From: Candidatus Thorarchaeota archaeon
GTDB taxonomy: Archaea; Asgardarchaeota; Thorarchaeia; Thorarchaeales; Thorarchaeaceae
Assembly (NCBI GenBank): GCA_029855935.1
Contig: JAGSHN010000016.1
Coordinates: forward strand, 32,001-96,000
DNA length: 64,000 nt
Reading direction: 5' to 3'
Shown: piece after piece, positions 16,869 through 28,300 of the stretch
How positions within the stretch are numbered: the stretch's first letter is position 1
Layout: every line of letters begins with the position of its first letter
Notes under the pieces: generated by a model
What the model saw: the letters and a program-made list of their open reading frames with translations, nothing else
Databases searched by the model: none
What the model was told of the DNA's origin: nothing
Program-made: the position numbers and the translations under genes

Positions 16869-19800
16869 ATGCGGTCACGACCCTCCTCCCATCTCACATC
16901 ATCGGCATACACGTGTGCGGCCCTCATGCTCCTTGTCATGGTCGCCTTGAGTGGCACAGTTTCAGTTCCCGTCGTTGCAAGCGTGACGGGTTCGATGGCT
17001 CATTCGGACGTTCTGCCCCAGCGGCCTGTCGACAAGATTGACCCGCGTCTTCTGAATCTGTCAGACCCGTCTGAGCCAGTCAACGTTCTGGTGAAGTACC
17101 GGGACGAGATTGGGGCTGTCAAGGCCGCATCGGCCATTGAGACAATCTCCCGGATTGGTGAGCTCAGACAGGTGTATGATAGTCTGTCCATGGCCAGCGT
17201 GCGGATAGTCGCTGGCGACCTGCCGCGCTTGGCCCGTGAGCGTGTGGTCACGAAGATCTGGGCCGACGAGCCTGTGCATATTATGTCCCAATATCCCCCC
17301 GCGTGTTCGGCGCCATCATCGCAGGGCTCTGACAACTATGCTCCGCTGATAGACCAATTGGGAGCAAGACAGCTCTGGGAGCAGGGCTACAACGGCACCG
17401 GGGTTGTCGTCGCTGTTCTTGACACGGGAATCGACTTCACGCATCCAGATCTTGATGACTTTGATGATAATGAGAGCACGCTCGATTCAAAGGTCACGGC
17501 CTACGCATCTTTCGTCGAGGCTGACACCCTACCTGTGGACATCCTAGGTCATGGCACCTTTGTCGCGTCTGTCATCGGCGGCACAGGCAACAAGTCCGCG
17601 GGACTCTATGCTGGTGTCGCACCGGGCGTGTCGCTTCTCGCCGCAAAGGTCACGCTCGGCGGAATGCTCACGGTTCCCAGCTGGGTCGTATCTGGCATAG
17701 AGTGGGCGTGCAGTCGGGGCGCCGACATAATAGTCATACCGTTCAACACCTTCGGTGCGCCGGGAGATGCAATCTCCGAGGCGGTCCGATGGGCGGCAGA
17801 GAGAGGGGTCCTGGTGATTGCTGCAGCAGGAGATGATGGTCCTGACTATCTCACGATAATGTCACCCGGTGGATCCCGTGAGGCTCTCACCATTGGTGCC
17901 TACGACTCTCAGACGGGAACCATACCATCCTTCTCTGGCCGTGGTCCATCCTTCGAGATGATGGCCAAGCCCGATCTTGTGGCGCCCGGAGTGGGGATTG
18001 TCGGTGCAAAGGTGGGTGCTGGACTGTCACAGGCTGGGTTTGGCGGGTTTGACCTCAGCAGTGTGGGCGAGATCTCTACCATAGTGGGAGGCACTAGCGT
18101 CGGTGAGGCCATCGATGACTACTACGTGATTGCCGACACAACGGCCGCGGCAGCCGGTGTCGTGGCTGGTGCTGCTGCCATCCTGCTCCAGGCATTTGAT
18201 CGGGCCACTCCAATAGTGGTTGGAAATGTTCTCCGGGACACGGCACATCACCTCCCCTATGGCGCCAATGATGCCGGAGCGGGGCTCGTCGACCTCCCAG
18301 CCGCGTTTTCCTATCTCAGCAAGATGCAGTCCCCAGTTGAGCCGCGCATTCGCACGACGGGGACCCCGCTGCTTGCGACGGGTATTGTGGTGGCCGATAG
18401 CGATGGTGCGACAACAACCGCGCTGCTGAGCAGTTATGGTACGATGGTGGCCGTGCTGAGAACCACCGACGACAACACGACATCAATCCATCTGATGATG
18501 GGCACGCTCTCGCTTCGATGGAACAACCTCGACCCAATCAGTCTGATGATGTTTGACGTGGAGAGAGAGATGCATCAGGTGTACACATCCTCTCCTCCCG
18601 ATGGCTACAGCCGGTATGTTGGTGTCATCTCGTACGAGGACACAGTCTTTGTGATACTGGTCGTCGAGGCGTACAATCTCACTCTGACCACTACACAACC
18701 GCTCACAGGCTTCAAGATTACGCCAATTGTGCTCAATCTGGGTCAGGAGCCCATCACCAATGTGAGTCTGTTTCTCTCGTACTCTCTGGACCTGTTCCTC
18801 GACGGACGTGACGACCACGGCAAGTATGCTCTCAACAATCAAGAGGTGTTCGCCTACGGCCAGTCTGAGGACTATGAGAACTTCTATTTCGGGTTCAACT
18901 CGAGTCGCCCGTTCGGGGCCTTTGAGGTGGGCAACTCGTCGGACATAGGCGACCATGTGACCGCAGACAACCTGACAGGTTCGACGACCTTCGATGGCAC
19001 TGTGGGACTTGCGGCCAGGTGGGACTTTGGAGAGATTGCCCCCACAGAGACGTCAAACGTCACAATCGTGCTGGGCTTTGGTGACAACAGGACCATGCTC
19101 GATGCCTCCATTGACATGTTATGGTCGCTCAAGCCGTCGCCTCAATTTCGCCAGCAGGGCGACCTGATGGTGGTGTCGGCTGACATACCGCGGGTCGTGT
19201 CGCCAGGGCAGACCTATCACTCGAGTGCTATTGTGATGAATGTCGGTGTTGATCCATCACCTGTTGTTGCCGCGATGATTGTGGGGAACGTCAACTCTTC
19301 GACCTCAGGGACGCTGTTCTCCAGCTTCTGGAGCGAGGATGAGCTGGCGCCCTTCCACGCAATCCGTCTCGATGCTGAATGGACACCTGAACATGCCGGG
19401 ATATTCTCGGTGGCATGGGTGACGGCTCCAACGGTCGCCTCGGCAATCAGCCTGTTTGTCAGCCCAGCGACTACACTGCTCGCGAGTGGTGCCGGCCTTC
19501 TTGACGACTTCCTCGTCAGGGATGTCTTCGTCGGTACTCCTCTTCCATCCACCTCAGTGTTCCCACGGACTCTGCCGTGTGCCCCATTCGACCTGAGATT
19601 TCCGGGCGACTTCGGAATGTTCGGCTTCATGCTCACGACCACGGTGCCTCTCGGGAACCTCACCATCCAGAAGTACGGTAATGCGACGGAGTGGGGCAAC
19701 TTCTCATTGACGCCTGCTGAGAGTGTTGATGGCTACTATAACTTCTCGCTCATTGCGTTTGTCCCTATCATTACGATGGACGGATATCACGAGTCGGACT

Positions 19801-21326
19801 TCGTGGTGTCGACGGAGGTCGGCTGGACCACCAACATATCATTGAGATGCGTTGTGGACTACCCCCGCAGCATGTACTTCCTCGACTCGGCTCACGGAAC
19901 TGGTTTCGGCGCTCTTGGGTTTGGTGCCGAAGAGAGTAATACAACGAGTGCTGCTGGTCTTGGTGGCGGCGAGTCCGGTGGGGGGATTGGTTTTCCGCTG
20001 GCGGAGGTTGGATCGGAGACGACCGCACGTGTTGCAGCCGAGGACCGGTCGACAGACGAGATATCACTATCGTCGCTGTCGTCTGTTCAAGACCTCTTCG
20101 AGACCCTGCGATTCACGACCTTCTCGGGCCTCGCGGGACTCAAGCGTATGATGGGCGATGCGGGCATCGACTTGATGGAGCTACCCGGTATGGCCTTCTC
20201 AGAGGACCTCTCAATGTTTGTCTCGGGAATGGTCATTCTTCGCCCGCAGTGGGGCTTCAACTCGACGGAGATCGAAGCCATACGCGACTTCGGAAGGAAT
20301 GGTGGACGCCTGATCATCGCAGGCGACACACCCGAACGCGCAAACCTCACCTCTCTGAACGAGGTACTGAGTCAGTTTGGGTACGTAATGAACGGGACAC
20401 ACGATGCGGAGAATACGACAGAGGTGGCGGCGGACTCTCTGCTCGGTCACGGGGTTGACTGTGTATGGCTCGGTGGCGGTACCTTCATCCAGAATAATCA
20501 GTCGTTTGGACAGGTCTTCCTCGGGGGTCGACCTGTCATACTCCTTGATGAGAGTCGTCCTGAGGTGGCACTCTTCGGTTCCTCTAGGCTGTTTCTCAAT
20601 AGCCACCTCAACGAGTGTAACAACTCGATTCTATTTCGCAATCTGATTGAATATCTGCTCACTAACACACTCTCGTGCGAAACAACGCTTGCCGAGAATA
20701 CGACATCATACCCTGTCGGCAGGAGTGTGTTCCTGAACCTGTTGGTTCGAGACTACTATGGGCGTCCTGCGAACGATCTGACCGTGGTCATCGTGTTCCA
20801 GCTACCAAACGGCAGTGACGCGTACTTCTATGCCGGCTTCGTGGAGAATGGTCTCTACTCGTCCCAGTTTGCCCCGAGCTACTGGCGCGATGAGGGACGG
20901 ATAAACGGGATATTCCTCATCCTGCGAACGGAGGACTACGCGGGAACCTTTGCGAGTATCAGCTTCTCCTTCTATCGACCCCCCACCAATCCGCAGCCGA
21001 CCAGCGGTGGCAGGGTACTCACCATGCCACAGATTGCGACAATCACGGGAGTAGGCGTCTTTGGTGCAGTCACGGTCGGCCTGGCGTGGAACCGGGCCCG
21101 AAGACGAAGACGGCTGAGAGTCCCCATAGTCGACGAAACACTCGCGCAGGACATTGACAACATGCTCAACCAGCTACTGGCCGCCTTCGTACAGATTGAG
21201 GAACTGATCCGGCAGCCTGGGATGGAACGTGTCGAGAAGGTGGAGACAATCCGTGGGATGATGGACCTCCTGCATAGAGCCCTTGAGGAGTTTGAGAGAA
21301 TAAGTGGGAGGATTGGCGGTGTCTGA
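16869..21326 (+). CDS. Membrane-anchored S8 subtilase-like protein, probable pseudoprotease, with GIFT-like and Ig-like domains
   Basis: Signal peptide, propeptide, VLDTGID, GHGTFVA, AAGDDG and KPDLVAPG. The GTSMA position reads TTAAA. GIFT-like segment P...F...EIEAIRDF..NGGRLII.GD, C-terminal TM helix and basic stop-transfer. Confidence 0.85.
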   Translation: MRSRPSSHLTSSAYTCAALMLLVMVALSGTVSVPVVASVTGSMAHSDVLPQRPVDKIDPRLLNLSDPSEPVNVLVKYRDEIGAVKAASAIETISRIGELRQVYDSLSMASVRIVAGDLPRLARERVVTKIWADEPVHIMSQYPPACSAPSSQGSDNYAPLIDQLGARQLWEQGYNGTGVVVAVLDTGIDFTHPDLDDFDDNESTLDSKVTAYASFVEADTLPVDILGHGTFVASVIGGTGNKSAGLYAGVAPGVSLLAAKVTLGGMLTVPSWVVSGIEWACSRGADIIVIPFNTFGAPGDAISEAVRWAAERGVLVIAAAGDDGPDYLTIMSPGGSREALTIGAYDSQTGTIPSFSGRGPSFEMMAKPDLVAPGVGIVGAKVGAGLSQAGFGGFDLSSVGEISTIVGGTSVGEAIDDYYVIADTTAAAAGVVAGAAAILLQAFDRATPIVVGNVLRDTAHHLPYGANDAGAGLVDLPAAFSYLSKMQSPVEPRIRTTGTPLLATGIVVADSDGATTTALLSSYGTMVAVLRTTDDNTTSIHLMMGTLSLRWNNLDPISLMMFDVEREMHQVYTSSPPDGYSRYVGVISYEDTVFVILVVEAYNLTLTTTQPLTGFKITPIVLNLGQEPITNVSLFLSYSLDLFLDGRDDHGKYALNNQEVFAYGQSEDYENFYFGFNSSRPFGAFEVGNSSDIGDHVTADNLTGSTTFDGTVGLAARWDFGEIAPTETSNVTIVLGFGDNRTMLDASIDMLWSLKPSPQFRQQGDLMVVSADIPRVVSPGQTYHSSAIVMNVGVDPSPVVAAMIVGNVNSSTSGTLFSSFWSEDELAPFHAIRLDAEWTPEHAGIFSVAWVTAPTVASAISLFVSPATTLLASGAGLLDDFLVRDVFVGTPLPSTSVFPRTLPCAPFDLRFPGDFGMFGFMLTTTVPLGNLTIQKYGNATEWGNFSLTPAESVDGYYNFSLIAFVPIITMDGYHESDFVVSTEVGWTTNISLRCVVDYPRSMYFLDSAHGTGFGALGFGAEESNTTSAAGLGGGESGGGIGFPLAEVGSETTARVAAEDRSTDEISLSSLSSVQDLFETLRFTTFSGLAGLKRMMGDAGIDLMELPGMAFSEDLSMFVSGMVILRPQWGFNSTEIEAIRDFGRNGGRLIIAGDTPERANLTSLNEVLSQFGYVMNGTHDAENTTEVAADSLLGHGVDCVWLGGGTFIQNNQSFGQVFLGGRPVILLDESRPEVALFGSSRLFLNSHLNECNNSILFRNLIEYLLTNTLSCETTLAENTTSYPVGRSVFLNLLVRDYYGRPANDLTVVIVFQLPNGSDAYFYAGFVENGLYSSQFAPSYWRDEGRINGIFLILRTEDYAGTFASISFSFYRPPTNPQPTSGGRVLTMPQIATITGVGVFGAVTVGLAWNRARRRRRLRVPIVDETLAQDIDNMLNQLLAAFVQIEELIRQPGMERVEKVETIRGMMDLLHRALEEFERISGRIGGV

Positions 21327-22317
21327 GGAGGCAGAGGGACCCCCGGTCCAGAGGGACATTGAGGTGCGGCACCTCAAGGTGAGGTTCGGCCGGTTCTACG
21401 CACTCAGAGGCGTGTCCTTCTATGCCAACAAGCGCGAGTTCCTCGGAATAATCGGTGCCTCGGGTGCTGGAAAGACAACCGTCCTGCGTGTCCTCACCGG
21501 CCAGGTCAAGCCCACCTCGGGGAAGGCGTACGTCAGTGGCTACGATGTGACGAAGCGCCGCGACCTGATCAGCCTGCTTGTGGGGTACGTGCCCCAGATT
21601 GAGCACCTGAGTCTGTACTTCGACTTCAGCGCGCTACAGAACGCACAGTTCTTCGGTCGATGCTTTGGGATGCGCCCGCCGGAGATTGAGGAGCGCGCCC
21701 GCAGCATCCTCACGATTCTCGGCTTCGACGAGGAGTTGATGACGAAAAAGGTCTCCCGCCTGTCCGGCGGCGAGAGGAAGAGGGTGTCAATCTGTCTGGG
21801 CCTGATACATAATCCTCCCGTTCTGCTTCTCGACGAGCCCACGACCGGTCTTGATGCTCATCTCCGACACGAGACGCTCAACTATCTAAAGGAGCTGAAC
21901 TATGAGTTCGGCACCACCATGGTGATAATCAGTCACGACTTGGAGATCGTGGACTACTGCTCAAGGGTCGTCCTGCTTGAGAACGGGCTGGTCAGCCAGT
22001 TTGGAACGCCTCAGGACCTGATTGCAAGCCTGCCGGGTAAGGGTGAGAGCCTGAAGCTTGTTCTCTCTGCTCTCAACCCCACAATCGAGGAGCGAGTTCT
22101 CAGTATACCTGGTGTGAAGTACGCTGCGAACGCGGGTCGGAACACACTGAAGCTCTTCCTTGACGATCCAGCTGAGAATATGCTTCCGATAGTAAGACAT
22201 CTGAACGAGATGAGAATCCCCTTTGAGGAGGTGTCACTTGTTGAGGCCGACTTCTTCGACTACTTTCAGGTGAAGCCGTGGAAGAAGTCCCAAGAAACAG
22301 GAGAGAGTGCCGTATGA
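21304..22317 (+). CDS. ABC-2 type ATPase
   Basis: GASGAGKT, LSGGE, LLLDEP and ISHD motifs. Overlaps both neighbours; the exact start (21304, 21313 or 21319) is uncertain. Confidence 0.93.
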   Translation: MGGLAVSEEAEGPPVQRDIEVRHLKVRFGRFYALRGVSFYANKREFLGIIGASGAGKTTVLRVLTGQVKPTSGKAYVSGYDVTKRRDLISLLVGYVPQIEHLSLYFDFSALQNAQFFGRCFGMRPPEIEERARSILTILGFDEELMTKKVSRLSGGERKRVSICLGLIHNPPVLLLDEPTTGLDAHLRHETLNYLKELNYEFGTTMVIISHDLEIVDYCSRVVLLENGLVSQFGTPQDLIASLPGKGESLKLVLSALNPTIEERVLSIPGVKYAANAGRNTLKLFLDDPAENMLPIVRHLNEMRIPFEEVSLVEADFFDYFQVKPWKKSQETGESAV

Positions 22318-25300
22318 GACCACAGTACTTGTTCATTACAGTCATAGCTGTCTGCGTCATTCTGACAATCGGGGCGCCGCAGAGCCGCCATCCCGTTGCG
22401 GCAGATATGCCGCTAGGAGTGGCCCCTGCAGTCCCATCCGCGCTAGCACCCTATCATGTCGCTCTCGTCTGGTCGAACAATACAGGCTCTCAGGTCGTGG
22501 ATGTCGTCATCGACAACTTCGATGCTGATGTGTACCTTGAGACTGCAGTTGTAACACAGAATGGCTCGCTGTTCCTCTTCGACCAAGATGGATCGAGACT
22601 AGGTAGTCTCTCTCTCGGGGCGACGCCGTACGAGGTCATCGCTGTCGATGCTGATGGCGTGGGAACATCCGAGATTGGTGTGGCCACATCTGCTGGTGCA
22701 CTTGTGGTCGATGGTTCCCTCACTGTGGTCACAAACATCACCCTTCCTGACGCAGCCCACACAATTGCGGCAGTGGCACTCGACGGTTCAACTCCTGATG
22801 AGCTGGTGATGGGTTGTGACGATGGCCATCTCTACGCGTATGGCGTCAACGCGTCTCAGCTGTGGAACTACACGTCAAATGCAGCGGTCCGTCTCTTGGT
22901 TGCGGGCGATGTCGATGGTGACTCCGAGGACGAGATGCTCATCGCCTCATCACTGCGTCTACTCTCACTCGTCGACGACACTGGCGCTGAGGTCTTCAAT
23001 CAGACCTATCCCTACTCGATCAAATCACTGGCAATCGGTGATCTTGTGGGCACCGCGCAGCCGGAGCTGGTGACAGGCGACTCGGGAGGCAGAATTCGCG
23101 TACTGATGGCGAATGGTACACTCATCACCACACTGACCGAGGCCGACTCTGTCACCGTACTCGCTGTTGGCGAGCTTGTCACTGGGGCTGGGTCAAGAGT
23201 TGTGGCAGGTCTTGCCGATGGTGAGATGCGCGTGTACAATGGCAGCCTCTCACTTCTGTGGAATGTGACGGCAGTAAACAGTGTGCGCACCATCACACTT
23301 GCGGACATAGGCGGACAGACGAACAATCAGATACTGATGACGGAGGGCGATGTTGCTCACATCTACAACGCAACAGGATACTCTATCTACGAGCAGACCC
23401 TTGTTGGCCTCTCGGGTGCGGTCGCGGTCGGCGACCTCGATGGGGATGGTGCCAGCGAGTTTGCTCTGGGTCTCTCCTCGGGAGCTATTCAGGTCTACGG
23501 ACGTGACTCAGACCGGGACCGTCTCGCTGATGCACGAGAGACGCTGATTGAGGGCACGGCATGGAACGACCGGGACACGGACGATGATGGCCTCTGGGAC
23601 GGGGACGAGGTACTCGACTATGGTACTGACCCGTTGAGCCCAGACACGGACTCCGATGGCCTGACGGACTTTCAGGAGGTCATCACATACGGGACGGACC
23701 CAAACGATCCCGACAGTGATGGCGACAATCTGACGGACTATCAGGAGGTCTACCTTGGAACGGACCCGAACCGTCGTGACTCGGATGGCGACGGACTGAC
23801 CGACTTCGAGGAGAACAACATCACAAGGACCGACCCACTTGTGACCGACAGTGACGATGACGGAATCAACGACGCTCAGGACGACAACGACGGTGATGGG
23901 CTGACAAACCTGCAGGAGGTACGGATCACTCACACAGACCCGAACGATGTGGACTCAGACGGTGATGGGACATCGGACTACTATGACGATGAGGATGGCG
24001 ACAACCTCGCAAACTGGAAAGAGATCTCCGTGGGTTCCGACCCACTCGACCCCGACTCGGATGATGACGGTCTGCTCGATGGAGAGGAGGTAAAGACGTG
24101 GAAGACCTCCCCTCTTCAACAGGACACCGATGGCGATCAGCTCACGGACTTCGAGGAGGTGCGCATCGTCCACTCCGACCCCCTGTCCTCGGACGGCGAT
24201 GACGACGGGCTGAGCGACTATGACGAGTACGTCACGTACGGCACGCTACCGCTCAATCCCGACACCGATAATGACTCCCTCCTTGACGGCGAGGAGGTCA
24301 ACACCTATCATACCAATGCCACGAATCCCGACACAGATGGTGATGGAATCAGTGACGGGGACGAGGTCCTCGTCTGGAGGACCGATCCCAATACGAATGA
24401 CACCGACCTCGACGGACTGTCTGACTTTGACGAGATAACAGTGTATCATACTAATGCTACACTTGTGGACACGGACGGTGACGGTCTTGACGACGGTGCG
24501 GAGATTCTCACGTGGCATACAAATGCCACCTCGGTCGATACTGATGGTGATGGCATTCTTGACAAGGACGAGGTGGACCGCTATCCCACATTCAATGCCA
24601 CCAACGCTCACACATTCAATGCCACTGTGAACGACTACGACTGGGACTCGGACGGTGACAGGCTCACAAACGGGCAGGAGATATACCTCACACGGACCGA
24701 CCCGCTAGAGGCTGACACCAATGCGGACGGGACGACAGACGACCTTGAGGACTCCGACTTGGACGGACTGACCAACTACGACGAACTCTTCATCACGCAC
24801 ACAGAACCGCGGACGCCTGACACCGATGGCGATCAGGTCAAGGATGGCGATGAGGTGAACGTCCTTGGCACCTCACCACTGGACACAGACACGGATGATG
24901 ACTCGATCAGCGACTATGACGAGGACTTTGATGGCGACGGACTGTCGAACGGTGTCGAGCTCTACAAGACCAACACGGATCCGCTTGACACCTATACACA
25001 CGGAGTGGGCCAGCCACGCGACGACCAGTATGACGGTGATGGTGACGGTCTTCCCAACTGGTTCGAGGTCGAACGGACAGGCACCGACCCTCTGTACAAC
25101 GATACAGATGATGACGGTGTCCTTGATGGCTATGAGGACCTTGACAACGACAATATGACCAATCTCGAGGAGTTGGCGGCACACACTCTACCGCTTGACC
25201 CTGACACTGACAATGATGGTCTCTCTGACTGGGAGGAGACACAGCTGTCGCACACCGACCCGCTTGACCCTGACACCAACGACAATGGTATTTCAGACGC

Positions 25301-28300
25301 GCAGGACGACGAGGATGGCGACGGGCTCACGAACCTTCAGGAGATCCGCACGTATGGTACCAATGCCACATTGTGGGACACCGACGGTGATGGGTTGCGT
25401 GATGGACTTGAAGTCGACGTTGGACTGAATGCCACCAACGTTGACACCGATGGTGATGGTCTCTGGGACGGCTATAGGGACGCTAATCATAATGGCAGGT
25501 ACGATAAGGGCGAGATTGGTGAGGATGTTGATGGGGATGGCGTCGTCGACCCTGGGGAGACCGACCCGCTCAACAGCGACACCGACAATGACGGTCTTGA
25601 GGATGGAAGGGAGGTCCTCATTGGTACCGACCCGCTCGACCCCGATGTCGACAATGACGGCCTGCTTGATGGCGAGGAAGTCGACACGTACGGCTCTTCC
25701 CCGCTGCTAAACGACACAGATGGCGATGGACTCGACGACTACACTGAGGTCAGGGTGACGGAGACCGACCCGACCGACCCGACCACTCACGCTGGCGTCT
25801 CTGACTACGACTACGACTCAGACGGTGATGGTCTGACGAATGGCGCAGAGATTGATCAGTACGGCACCTCGCCAGGCGATATGGATACTGATGACGACGG
25901 TCTGTCGGACTACGATGAGGTTGTTGTATACGACTCTGACCCGCTTGCAAACGACACCGACGGGGATGGTGTCGATGACTTCAAGGAGGTCCAGTACGGT
26001 TCTGACCTCAACAAGAGGGATACAGACGGCGACGGTCTGGATGACTATGTGGAGATCGAGCTCCTGGGGACCAATGCGACACTGTACAGTACCTACAACA
26101 ACGGCACATCCGACTTCGACCTCGATCTTGATGGTGATGGTCTGAGGAACGGTGTTGAGATCTACGGCTATGGCTCCAATGCTACCAACCCGGATACAGA
26201 TGGTGACGGTCTCAACGACTATGTTGAGGTGAAATTGGCCGGGACCTCTCCGACCGATCGAGACACAGACGATGACGGTCTCTCAGACTACGACGAGTAC
26301 ACAGTGTACGGGACATCCCCTGTGAGGGTGGACACAGACTCAGACGGTCTAGACGACCGCTACGAGATCTCCATATCTCTGACTTCGCCACTGAAATGGG
26401 ACACCGATGGTGACCAGTTGAGCGACTACGACGAACTGAACACATACGGTAGTGATCCGAACTCTGCTGACACCGACGGTGACGGCATCAATGACAAGAA
26501 GGAGATTGATCTTGGCACTAATGTCAACTCCAATGATACCGACGGAGATGGTCTGAGCGACTGGGAGGAATGGAAGGTCTACGGTACCGACCCGACAGAG
26601 GCCGATGAGGACAACGACGGCCTGAACGACAAGGAGGAGATAGAGTACGGCACAGATCCACAGAACCCGGACTCGGACTTTGATTCTCTCACCGACGGGG
26701 AGGAGGTCAACACGTACGGCACCTCCCCGACTGATGCGGACACCGATGATGACAAGATAGCCGACAATGACGAGATCTGGAACAGTCATACCTCCCCCAC
26801 CTCGGCCGATACCGACGGTGATGGGATCAGGGACGACCTCGATGACGAGGATGCCGACGGGATCAACAACTTCCTCGAGATCTACCTCTACGAGACCAAC
26901 TGCACTCTCTTCGACACTGACGGTGACGGTCTTGGTGACGGTTACGAGATCTTCACCAGCAAGACTGACCCACGCTCTGCAGACACCGACGGAGATGGTC
27001 TCGGGGACTGGGAGGAGCTGTTCAGATACTTCAGCAATCCAAACAGCCTCGACACTGATGGCGATGGCCTGAGCGATGGTGATGAGGCGCTCACATATCA
27101 CACGCTTTTGAACAACACGGACACAGACGGTGATAGTCTGAGTGACTATGACGAGATCAAAGTCTTTGAGACTGATGCTCTACAGTGGGACACTGATGGC
27201 GATGGTCTCTCTGATGGCGACGAGCTGAACAAGTTCAACACCGACCCGCTGGATGCTGACACCGACAATGACCTGCTCACAGACTATCAGGAGATTGCCC
27301 TCGGCACGGACGCGAGGGACAGTGACACAGATGACGACGGGCTGACAGACTATCAGGAGAATAACCAGACGCTCACGGATCCGTTGCGGTACAGCACGCA
27401 GGACAATGGCATCTCCGATGCGGACTGGGATATGGACAATGACACGCTGACCAATCTGCAGGAGATCAGCCTGACAAAGACCAATCCACGGCTGAATGAC
27501 ACGGACGGTGATGGTATCATCGACGGTGCTGACGATGAGGACCGAGACCTTCTGACAAACTATCAGGAGTGTGTCCTGACCAAGACCGATCCACGCGACA
27601 AGGACACAGATGACGACGGTGTATCAGACTACAATGATGATGAGGACGGAGACGGGCTCAGCAACGGCGCAGAAGTATGGGACTATCTCTCTGATCCCCT
27701 CAAGACCGACACTGATGGGGACGGACTCAATGACTATGATGAGGTGATGACCTATCTGACGCAGGTCCGTAATCCTGATACTGATAATGACCTGCTCCCG
27801 GATGGCGACGAGGTCCACGAGTACGGCACGTCGCCGCTCTTGAACGACACAGACTCCGACTCGCTGTCCGACTACGAGGAGGTCTTTCTCACGGACACAG
27901 ACCCGACGAGGAACATGACCCACAGTGGCATACTCGACTCAGAGTGGGACTCTGATTACGATGGACTGAGCAACTACGTCGAGCTGCGGGTCTACAACAC
28001 AACACCTCTCGACCCCGATACCGATAACGATGATCTGCTCGATGGTGAGGAGGTCCAGCTGGGAACAGACCCGCTGAACAGTGATACCGACAACGACTCC
28101 CTGCTTGATGGTCTGGAGGTTCGACAATACGGCACCTCACCGCTTCTGAACGACACAGATGGTGACGGACTGTCTGACTGGCGCGAGGTGACGGTATTTC
28201 ATACCAATGCAACGGCCGTCGACACTGATGGCGATTGGCTCTCAGACTATGATGAGGTCTACGTGTACAATACCGATCCCAATGATCCCGATGATGACGG

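Noticed and set aside
18090-18098. GTS triplet as the normal subtilase catalytic serine
   Set aside because: It is not followed by the MA.P.VAG helix, which aligns 18 codons later with Ala at the Ser position. Kept only as an alternative hypothesis.
26349-27101. 250-aa minus-strand ORF and similar Val/Ile-rich ORFs across the repeat region
   Set aside because: These arise from the reverse complement of GAC/GAT-rich codons.
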